Assembly (NCBI GenBank): GCA_965644265.1
Contig: OZ286477.1
Span: 27,218,001 to 27,282,000, forward strand
DNA: 64,000 nt
Source of the DNA: Glycera tridactyla
Taxonomy: Eukaryota
Reading direction: 5' to 3'
Shown here: positions 25,191 to 35,949 of the stretch, in pieces
Layout of the letters: each line of letters starts with the position of its first letter
Numbering within the stretch: the stretch's first letter is position 1
Program-made: the position numbers and the translations under genes
The notes under the pieces: model-generated
What the model was told of the DNA's origin: nothing
Database searches by the model: none
Seen by the model: the letters and a program-made list of their open reading frames with translations, nothing else

Positions 25191-28100
25191 CGTGCTAGCG
25201 CTCGATTAATCAAGCCCCCTTATTCGAGCCGAAATTAAAACACACTGCATGTGCATGTGGCCATGTAGTTTCGCCCGCCTGTAATTAGACTCGATCGAGC
25301 CAAATTCAATCCATGAAATAAGCATATATCCTAGTGCAATCAGCATGTTCGTGTGGACGCGACACCCCTTAATAACTCTCCATGTCCTCGGGCCGCGTCC
25401 ACATCCATCTTGCTAAATCTACACAACTGTCAACATAGGTAGCAAGCGTCTCAGAATTCTCCGAGAAGCTAATGTTTGGCAGAGGTTCTCAGGCGTGAAA
25501 CACCGTTTTGATCACTCGCCTTGATGTTTTCGCATCGCTAGATACATTAGGAATTTTTAGCACAATTTCAATTTTTTGTGTATGATCAACCAGGTGAAAA
25601 AGCTCTGTGACGATTTATCTTAGTTTTTTTCCTGGAGAGGGGGGGGGGGGGGGTTCTGATTGATTTTGTCCCTATGAATAATTTCTCATGTCATAATTAT
25701 CCTCAGCCTGAATTACCGTGCCGGACGTATTCGAGGTTTGTCCATATTTTCAGACACATGAGCCATTTGACCAATATTACGAAATTTTGTATGCAGCTCT
25801 GCTGTCAATTGGGGAGACAGAATTTCTCTCGGAAGCCATCTTGAGAGCATGGACAATAGCTGAAAAGGTCCCCATCCCTCACCCTCTGAGATTCGTATCA
25901 TCCTCTCAATTATGGCTAATTTTGTTCTGAAATTGAGTAGTGGCTCTGGGTGCGTGCAGAAGTGCAAACCGCTGCTGTGGATCAAATCCCCCAGGAACAA
26001 ACATAACATGGCCTGGCACTTAACCTTCCTGCGTCTTCCTCTTTTCATTACGCATGAAGCATTTGGCAAATGTTTGCTGAGTATCTCAACTTGTTTCTCT
26101 CCTTAATTACGACAGGAACAGGCAATCCCCCTCTCTTAAATCCACCACCCGCCCAACTATCTGGAGACGTCCACATGATGTATCTGCGTTCTTCTTTCAT
26201 TCGGAATCGCACAATGAATACGAAGTATTCGCATATCATTCTCTCCATCGAGGCAGCAATCTATGTATNNNNNNNNNNNNNNNNNNNNNNNNNNNNNNNN
26301 NNNNNNNNNNNNNNNNNNNNNNNNNNNNNNNNNNNNNNNNNNNNNNNNNNNNNNNNNNNNNNNNNNNNNNNNNNNNNNNNNNNNNNNNNNNNNNNNNNNN
26401 NNNNNNNNNNNNNNNNNNNNNNNNNNNNNNNNNNNNNNNNNNNNNNNNNNNNNNNNNNNNNNNNNNNNNNNNNNNNNNNNNNNNNNNNNNNNNNNNNNNN
26501 NNNNNNNNNNNNNNNNNNNNNNNNNNNNNNNNNNNNCTAGCCATCTATCTATCCGTCTGTTGGCCCATCCGTCCGTCTGTCGGTCAATCTATCTATCCAA
26601 CACCTGGCCAGATAGCTACCCTAACCACTTGACAAACTATCGATCCACCTACTCACAAAATTGTCAGTTTCNNNNNNNNNNNNNNNNNNNNNNNNNNNNN
26701 NNNNNNNNNNNNNNNNNNNNNNNNNNNNNNNNNNNNNNNNNNNNNNNNNNNNNNNNNNNNNNNNNNNNNNNNNNNNNNNNNNNNNNNNNNNNNNNNNNNN
26801 NNNNNNNNNNNNNNNNNNNNNNNNNNNNNNNNNNNTCCATTCATCTCGTGAAAAATACTGACAAGACATGGGCATCTTCCAGCATTTCGACGGAAAACCA
26901 GCATGGTCATACCATATTACAGACCTGTGTGGATATCTCAATGCACGTGACGCATATTTTCAATATATAGATTGGTATCTTTCGTTATGTTTGTTGGGAA
27001 AAGCTTGAATACATGCTAGTGGTACGCTGGATCTCGCAGCTGGTGCGGTACGTCGTCAGTTCCTCTTTCGTTGGTGCCCGACTGTCTAGAATCAACAACA
27101 GAGGGTCGGGTGTGTTTTCGAGGTCATGGGGGGCTCCAGTAGGACGCGGGGTTACTGGAGCACCCCCCCCCCCCCCCATGTTCTAGATTTCACCTCTAAC
27201 GACTCCGTGTGTTTGTGTGGGTGTTTCGGGGTTGTGCCAAGAGCCCCATCTGTGCTCCATCTTTCAATCCATCCTGCTACCCATCCATACATCCATCGGT
27301 CTGTCNNNNNNNNNNNNNNNNNNNNNNNNNNNNNNNNNNNNNNNNNNNNNNNNNNNNNNNNNNNNNNNNNNNNNNNNNNNNNNNNNNNNNNNNNNNNNNN
27401 NNNNNNNNNNNNNNNNNNNNNNNNNNNNNNNNNNNNNNNNNNNNNNNNNNNNNNNNNNNNNNNNNNNNNNNNNNNNNNNNNNNNNNNNNNNCTAGCTATT
27501 CCTATGTTCGTCAGTCCTTCCATCTTTACATCCATCCACCCGTCCACCTGATCATATACTTAATTTCAAGAAATGAAAAGTATATAAACCGAGCCTTGAG
27601 AATATCGAAAATGAATGAGCAGGACATTTTGACTTTTCAAATCAGATCTCACTGATTCTGGTATTTGTCTGGGGTGTCCTGAAATTTCCACAGTTTCATG
27701 AACGATCGTTCCGTCGCCGGGATCTGCAAGTTAAAATAGAGATTCCTACCGCGTGTCAACTGACCGATCACATACTGACATGGACAACTAGAGAGCCCAT
27801 CCAAGTCTAGTGTTTTTAACAAATGCTGTCTCATATGCCTGTCATCGGCTTCATATTCCTAGCTAGTGGCATGGTAACAGCGCATAAAATGCTGCTATTT
27901 TGTCATGCAATTTGCCGATCACTCGGATCCACCATGCATAAATGTTTCGCATGCATGCAAATCTGCTATGAATATATTTGTGAAAAATGATCGAAGCATC
28001 GATTGACCCGAATATTTTTTTTCACTCATAGCTGCTTGTTATTTCACAAAATGGCCAGGCCCAGTTTGGGTTCATATTATGCCGTGACATAAACGAATGA

Positions 28101-30554
28101 AATCTTTAGCTGGTCGACCACTGTAGTGTATTCATGATTAGGGATTATTAGAAGAAAATAGGTCGAGAATCATGGTGAAATTGAGAAGAGAAGCTAGGCG
28201 CATTCCGAGTGCATTGCCGTGCTGTGTCCTATCCGTTGGGATCGCCTAGGCAACACTTCGCCTTCACTCCACTAACTGAAATATACACGCTAACAGTGCT
28301 GCGCGAGCTCCTTGTCGATTTCAGGCTAAATTGAACGAAATTGACGAAATGAAACAAGCAAATTTACCCAGTGTCAGTGGCAACGACGTGCAACGCATGG
28401 CCTGTCGAAATTTACGTCTTTAAAGGCATCATTTATTTCTAGGCAACATTTAACGTAGTGTGTATTCACATGCATTGAATCTACATGTAAAGCCTTTTCC
28501 TTCGAGGAAAATGTTCGTACGAAATCAACGAAATGAAGTCCATCGCAATAAGGTGGTTTGTGGCAGTGCGGTATTTACAATGTGTTAATTCAGTTGCCAG
28601 GTTCATAAATCTGTAGGTTTGTTCGATATGGGATCAGCGAAACACCAGGGGTGGTGCTATTTGCAATAAATCCAGTGGCCACAACAGAAGGGACGGACCG
28701 TTTCTATAGCCATATAATGTGTTTTATCGACGGACGGCCTTCGCTAGACGACCCACGCTTACTTCATAAAAACGCCTCCAAAACGAATAAATCCTCTCCA
28801 ACAAATATAGGTCGTTCTCCACGTCCTTAAATACCCACCTAATACTCGCACGACCGAACAATCCAACCATATGAAATCATATAGAACAGATTCCAAATAT
28901 ATACACAAGCCTTATTCGACTATTCGGTGGATTCCGTTGCTAAATACCCCCACCCAAAGGACCCCCTCCCTCCCTCTCTCCCCTCTCGACCCCTCTGATG
29001 GATATCTCCAGAAATGTTGGAAATATGGAGACGAATGGATGCTATATATCTCGCATCCTTCATCATGCCAAATTCGTTATTCTCACCCAATTGTCAAGCC
29101 ATAAATTCGGGCCTCCATGACACTGGCGATTGATTTTCTCCCTTGGTCTTTATTTGGCATTAACGCAATTCGTTGTCAGTGTTTATGCTAATTAATATTT
29201 CCCTAATGATAAGACAAGCTTGATGGACATTCGGTGCAAAAAATGTCATTTTTTTTCGTTCAAATATCATTTTCCCCAGATTTTGACTATGATAGTGTGG
29301 AACCTGTTATTACTTGTGAATTGGCGATTAGGAGTTTGGTATTTTTGTTTATATACTAGTTATCTTGCACAATATCTACTGATGTTATATTATGAATGAC
29401 TAGCTGACATTGAAAGTCCCTCATCTGATTTCTGAATGATCTCTTTGTCACACAACTAAACACAATAAGCAAGGTGATTAATCATTGTGAAAGGTGGAAT
29501 GTTCCCATCTTCAGCGGGGAGATGCTACTTCAAAAGATGCCTCACAAAAAGCCGACAATCTTTGTTCATGTGTGACATTCCGAATTCATGCTTCGTCTCC
29601 AAGCATCCATGTGTATCCAGGCCTTGATTCTACGAAATAAACCCGTATCCAGTGATCAAATTGCATCTCAAAACAGTAGGTACTAACTCAATTTCACCTG
29701 TTCCTTTACGTAGAAAATACCCTGTCGGTCTGACCCGCGGCTGTCTTACAAACGACATAAATATATACCCTCTTGTGAAGTCCTCGACAATTGTTGTTAT
29801 TTCAGATTTCAGTGAACGGAGAAAAAAACCATAATAACATATCTCCTCTTTCCTCTTATGGATTCGGGGGAAGTGTATATTGATTGAGTATGAGATGGGG
29901 AATGTGCCAAGTGGCTGAGACAAGGGGCCAAGATCCACAATAATTCTCACCATGTCTACATTAGTTTGTCTAAATATACTCACCCTCATCCATGACATGC
30001 TGGTCCCGATTCATTCAATATCGGGGCCAGATGGCCCCAAATTCTGGAAAAGTCACTGGTGGCTACAGCTCTGTGTTCATTATATCGCCGAGAGTGCTGT
30101 CAAACAAAATTCAACACGAATAAGGTGTATCGAAAATTTACCATCTGTAAATCTGAATATTACAAAATGTGGGTAGATATATTGCATTGGTTTCATGAAT
30201 TTATCTGATTTCAAGAATATTTTCCGAAAATACTCTGATTTGTGAGAAAAGACAGAATATATGGTTCACTGTGTCCCATGAATGAATGAGTAATACTGAA
30301 CAAATATTTAAAAAATTGCGACGACTTGACTGTATTTTCACCAAATTCCGTATATGTTACTCCTATCCTACTCTTTAGTGTAGAATTATATATCAGCTGA
30401 GAGAAGAAAACAGAAAATGGACACAGGATTGTTTCTGTCGGATCTGTGTTCAACCAAGAGAGAAAATGGAACGAATATACCTGCCTTTTTCACCTCAGAA
30501 TGTTAATAAGTAAGTAAATATTCAACGTTTCTCATCAGACAGCCGGCAGACCCA

Positions 30555-30612
30555 CCAGACAGACAGACAGACAGACAGACAGACATACAGACAGACAGAC
30601 AGACAGACAGAC
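30555..30612. repeat. (GACA)n microsatellite
   Basis: Direct repeat. Confidence 0.9.
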
Positions 30613-30935
30613 AACTTGTACAAACTTAATTCAAATATACAAGTATTCGTTAGCAGTCAATCTATAAATAGTCTTTTCCCTGATAATTCTTCTTGATGCC
30701 CACCAACCATAAATCCAACCACTCGCTATCCAGACGATTCTAATGTTTTCCCGTGATTTGTGGTGGGTGTTGCGGTAAGCGCGCATCACTCTCCTGAACT
30801 CTATTCTAATTCCAGACAAAATACCACCAACCACCTCTGCCTTCTTCACACATTCAACATGTCATTTTCTTGTAGATATGCTGGTGCGATCTCATAGAAA
30901 ATAGAAAAATATGCTGTGTGTATTTTCATAAATTC

Positions 30936-30961
30936 TAAATTGTTTTATTGTATTTTTGTAG
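30936..30961 (+). other. Candidate 3' splice acceptor of a 5' UTR intron
   Basis: T-rich tract TTGTTTTATTGTATTTTTGTAG|G ending at 30961, 134 nt upstream of the Hox ATG. A second candidate, CATTTTCTTGTAG, ends at 30875. Confidence 0.55.
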
Positions 30962-31095
30962 GGACAACATGGGATTTTTTCCGATTTTGACCTGAGAGAG
31001 AGGACAGATGTTCGACGCTTTTATGAGAACTGGGACCTGGTGAAGAGGTGAAATAAAATTTAGCGCTAGATTTTCGATGGCATTACAGTGAAAAA

Positions 31096-31795
31096 ATGAG
31101 TACGTACTACACAAATTCGTACATTACAAGCGGACAGCATGAAGATGCTGCGGGTTTATACAGAGCGGGAGCAATGTCGCCCGATATCTACCCGGGTTCG
31201 GGGCCCGCAAGTCCGGTCAACTTCGGCGGCAGTAGCGGGAGCTCGCATCACCGGAGCCCGAGCAAGGAGAGCGCGGCGCCTGCCGGGAGCTCATCCACGG
31301 GCGCCGGGAGTGTGTACACGGGGAGCTCCCGCCCGCTCGATCTTGCCGCTACACCGGCGCTTTCCCCGGGCCCGTACTCACCCAGCACGGGGGACACCCG
31401 ACCGTATCAAACGGTCGACCCGTACAAGAGGCTCAACCCGGCAACAACCGCTAGCTCTTCCCCGTACCGCCATCTTTACAACGCGGCCTTCGCTTCGGCG
31501 AACAACCGCAAGCGGCCGGTCTCTCCACTGCCGCCATTGCAGTTGTCCAAATCTAAAATCCCCACAAAGACTGAAATCGAATCCGACGCCGGTACATCTA
31601 CAGCGAAGTCGTCACCCGATATAGGCCCATCCACGCAGATTCCCAGTTCGAACCTCAGCAAAGACGACTCTGTGGATGGGAAATCGGACAGTGAATCCGG
31701 TGACGAGGGTATGACCCCCGAAGGGTCTGATACCCCGGGTAAAAGTCCCACAGATTCTAATGTACAGATGTACCCGTGGATGCGATCACAATTCG
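31096..31795 (+). CDS. Antp: Coding exon 1 (N-terminus to hexapeptide) of an Antp/Lox5-class central Hox transcription factor; homeobox exon not found in the window
   Basis: The ORF starts MSTYYTNSY (Hox MSSYF-like N-terminal motif), is Ser/Pro/Gly-rich and GC/CpG-rich against an AT-rich background, and ends ..VQMYPWMRSQFG. YPWMRSQFG is the Antennapedia-type hexapeptide and linker. A phase-1 donor G|GTACGT follows at 31796. Antp versus Lox5 or another Hox6-8 gene cannot be settled without the homeodomain. Confidence 0.85.
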
Positions 31796-34195
31796 GTACG
31801 TTCAAATAGTATTAAATCCTTTATTTTATTTTATAATTATGATATCACTGCAATGCCAACTGTCCAGAGAGAAATCGGAGACATGAATTCAAAATCCACA
31901 GTATGACAGAGCCTCACTCCAAGCATGAAATATATCTGAGTTTATAATAGTAATTTTCGGAAACGATTTTTTGTTTCATTCCTATGATAATTGAATAGGT
32001 TTTGGTAATATCGTTTCGTTGATGTTTGTGACATCACCAAGGAAGCATATATCCTTCTCTTGTTTCCTTGGTTATTGTCATACTGATCTATTTCGGTCGA
32101 TTGGCATTTAGGTATTTTTTCTGATATAGTCATGTTTTTTTTTTCAATTATGTCACCTCCAACCATGCAAAAACGATCTCCCATTTCATACCAGTGACCG
32201 CTCGAAAAAGCTGCAATACATGAGTGGGTTGTCGGTCTGTGGCACAGTTTGAGGGAGAAGATGGAGAAAGAGAGCGGAAGAGAGAACGAACACACATAAA
32301 TATAAACACAAACACACACACAGGCATTGGGAAAGAGACAAGAAGAACGAATACACAGCTGCTATTCATAAACAGCAACCCTGTCTTGTAATAAAACTAA
32401 TGCTAGTTTCGAAATGTCCCTCAATTGACTTGAACAACAAGGGTATATGAACAATCAAAAACTCAAGACATTTGTCAGCTGTACAGTAGCATCAATGTAT
32501 ATCCGAGATGAAATACACTTTTGGATGAAGTAACATATTAGAATTTCCTGAGCGTGTATTCACAATTTCTTCTTAACGGAATTTTCAAAATTCGGGTACA
32601 TTTTATGGAAACTATCACGGGAGGGGTCGAATGTGATATTTCTGAAGCTGGCTGTGGGAAAATGTGGAAAATAGATCACATACAGACTCAAAATTAATAT
32701 GAGAATACTTGTTAGCAGCTCGATTGCTGACTGGCTGGCTGACTTACTGGCTGGTAGTCAGGCAGGTAGGCAGTCAGTCAGGCAGACAGACAAACAGACA
32801 GACAGTATATAGTAATGTAGTTGTGAAGTACAACAACCATCTATAACTCCTACTCCTAATTAACGCCTCCTCCCTCACATTACACATTATCTTTTATCTT
32901 ATGTATCTTTACTGTGCCTTAGTACTCGTTTATACTTGTTTATATACTTGAAAGCTGAACTGGGAGGGAGGTAGGGAAGATGGTATATTTTGGAGTGTTG
33001 CTAGGTTCTAGACTGCCCCCTACGTCCACGAGTGACTGTGCTATTTTATGATGACATCAAATCAATCATCCTGACCTTTTAGTGGAATGACCTGGGGCAT
33101 TTCATCAAATTCCAAATGCACCCAGAAATGAAGTGCTTCTCTGGCCTACATCCTGGTGTCTCATACAAATTGTAGTCCCACCAACTTCGATTGTTTCATG
33201 TTTGGTTTTCCTACGAAATGATGATTTGGGGCCCTTTGGGCCCCTGCCGGCAACCCCCTGATAACAGGGGTATTATAGCAGCTGCGCGCCCCGATTTCAG
33301 AACCTTCCACTCTTCTCTCTCTCTTGTATGCCCTATCGGAATTCACCACCACCTCAGAGGCAGAGCTTCACATTTCAAATAGCAATTTCAGGAATACGCT
33401 GTGAATTCAGATATTTTTTGAAAAATTGAATGCAGAAGCTCATTTCAAGATGAAGATAAAACAGTTCGTTAGAAACAGGCCTCCTCCGTTCAGCACTTCA
33501 ATATTCTGTACAGACTATCACCCTGAATACAGATGATACATTTCAACGAAATGTACTACGGGTTGAGCTTACCGTTGCAGAGTTATATCTCCAGGGTTTG
33601 ATAATGCAGAGAGCGAGTAATATACCAAAATATGCTGTACTACCCTCTTCACAAGAACATGACCTGTCTGCTATCTCACCAACAAAAATATCTCTGTCCT
33701 TTGATTCAAGAATATATGAATATCCCGCATCTCTACCCTATAAACAGGAAGACATCTTACTGTACTCTCACGAAATTGTTGATATCTTGTGACGAATCTC
33801 CCCATTGTTCACTGTGTCCGATCTATGTTCGTATGAGATTTTCGTCTTTAATGACAATATATCGAGCAAAAAATCGAATTGCAGAAAATTATTGGGAAAT
33901 TTGCGATTCCGATTGAGAATTTGCTGCATTGTGTCTTGGAATACTGCCAGGGTACATGTCGAAAATCAATGTGATTTTTTTTTTCGTTTTGATATCTTGA
34001 TCACTATCATAGAAATTCTCGAATATGTTATTTTATCTCATTGGGACTACTATCTGGTGTAGCTGCTTCATTATTTCTCATTTTCATGTGAATGAAGTGT
34101 GATATGGTTGGTATCAAAGATATTTTCATCTTGTACTTGAATACTGCAGCATCCCTGGATACGGAGTATAGCTGTTGATAATGACACCAAATAAC

Positions 34196-34207
34196 CAAGA
34201 TGGCGGC
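34196..34207. promoter_or_regulatory. Consensus YY1/Pleiohomeotic motif
   Basis: CAAGATGGCGGC is an exact match to the YY1 consensus; function untested. Confidence 0.4.
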
Positions 34208-35377
34208 AACATGGTGAATGTGGAGCCGAGTATTCATGCTGCCCCTGTGTCATCGGGATATTTTCTGGATCTAATCCAGGTCAACGTAGACATGATGGAT
34301 TACAGTGGCTATACTCTCAAACGAGAGTGAGAGACGGGTGAATGGGAGAGATAGAGTGATAGATAGTAGGCGAGCGGAGGTGATGAAACAGAGAGAAGAC
34401 CGAGAGACAAGAATAGAGATAGACGGATGAATAGATAAATGGATAAAGTGGTGCATGTGGTGATTTCAGAAGGATAGATAGATTATTGGATGCATTTGNN
34501 NNNNNNNNNNNNNNNNNNNNNNNNNNNNNNNNNNNNNNNNNNNNNNNNNNNNNNNNNNNNNNNNNNNNNNNNNNNNNNNNNNNNNNNNNNNNNNNNNNNN
34601 NNNNNNNNNNNNNNNNNNNNNNNNNNNNNNNNNNNNNNNNNNNNNNNNNNNNNNNNNNNNNNNTCGACGAAAAAATTAAAATAGAGTCGGGAAAATCATC
34701 ACTTTGGTACAAAAATCGGGTACAAAAATCTTGAGAAAAAATCTAAAAAGAAAGAGATACCACCATTCGAGTCTGGCCATAATGAAGTCACTGCTAGCAT
34801 CTACATGGATAATTCATAGTGAGGAATTACTGTATTATGTGATCTTGCTGGGCGTTCATCATCACTGTGATATTTCATTTCTCTTCGCCTTAATTATCAA
34901 TAAATATTTATGGCAAGAATATATCACCATCGTCCTGGGAAGCGGACTGCCATCTATTTCATACCCTCAAGATGAACTTTCTTACAACAAGAGAGAGTTG
35001 CTGAGACTGAGGTGTATTACATAAGGTGGCTTTTGAATAGGATAGACGAACCTTATTTTGTACTTAACAACAGCTCAAAAAGTTAGACGCCAAACTGACA
35101 TGCACATATGAGGCCATTCACTCGCTCGGAAATACTTCTGTCATTATTGGTTCATATGTATATATGTACATATATTTTATTCAGAATATTGAAAATATTG
35201 AGCGTTCGAATCAGAATGTGGTCATTACTCTTGAAAAAAAAAAAAAAAAACTAATTTGAGTCATCAAGGTTAGCATGCCTGCTGATATGGCCGTTCAGAT
35301 CTCCAGGAAACATTTCAGCCCCAAACCAAGCACACATATCAAGAAACTATCGAGGGGCCTTCCATTTCCCCATCATC

Positions 35378-35754
35378 CAAGGATGCAAACCACTACGATT
35401 TTAGAGAAGCAACTATTTTCGAACAAAATTCTCCTCGTATTTCTTGAGTAATTCTACTCTGAAAAATCATATTTGTTCTTATTATTCCATCACACTTACT
35501 GGATCTTGTGAACTTTGAAGGTGGTACTGCTCTTTCTCTGATTCCTGAAAGGTTGGCATCTATGAAATCTATCCAATTAGATCCGGAATAATCCATGTAC
35601 GCCAACTACTACGGTTAATTTGGGAGTAGCAACTACTCTTTTTTGGCCAATTTCTTACATCATACAAGTGATGCTACTCTTAAAAATACGAGATCTGCTA
35701 CTCTTTAAAATTAGTATTGCTACTATTCCAGTCCTTGGAAGGTTGGCATCCATG
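35378..35754. mobile_element. Two adjacent MITE family C copies (TIR ~CAKGGATGCCAACC)
   Basis: 35378-35564 (CAAGGATGCAAACC...GGTTGGCATCTATG) and 35594-35754 (CATGTACGCCAACT...GGTTGGCATCCATG), with internal (CT/TT)ACTC repeats. Related fragments lie near 10970-11045, 36345-36620 and 58578-59045. Confidence 0.65.
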
Positions 35755-35766
35755 ACATCTATTCGT

Positions 35767-35949
35767 CAGTGGTGCCAATTTTCCGAAAATTTTCGGAAAT
35801 CCGAAAATTGGGTGAAAAATTTTAATTTCCGAAATTGCTAAAATCTACTTGGGAGTTTCAAAACGAATACTTTTGATGATATGATGGGATAGTTTCAGAA
35901 AATATTCCTATATTTCCGAAAATTCAGCTTCATCCCATTGGCATCACTG
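35767..35949. mobile_element. MITE family A copy with a perfect 6-bp TSD
   Basis: ATTCGT-CAGTGGTGCCAAT...ATTGGCATCACTG-ATTCGT. Confidence 0.9.

Noticed and set aside
31139-31805. Alternative-frame (31139-31624 +) and antisense (31476-31805 -) ORFs
   Set aside because: Shadows of the GC-rich Hox exon, with no recognisable motifs.
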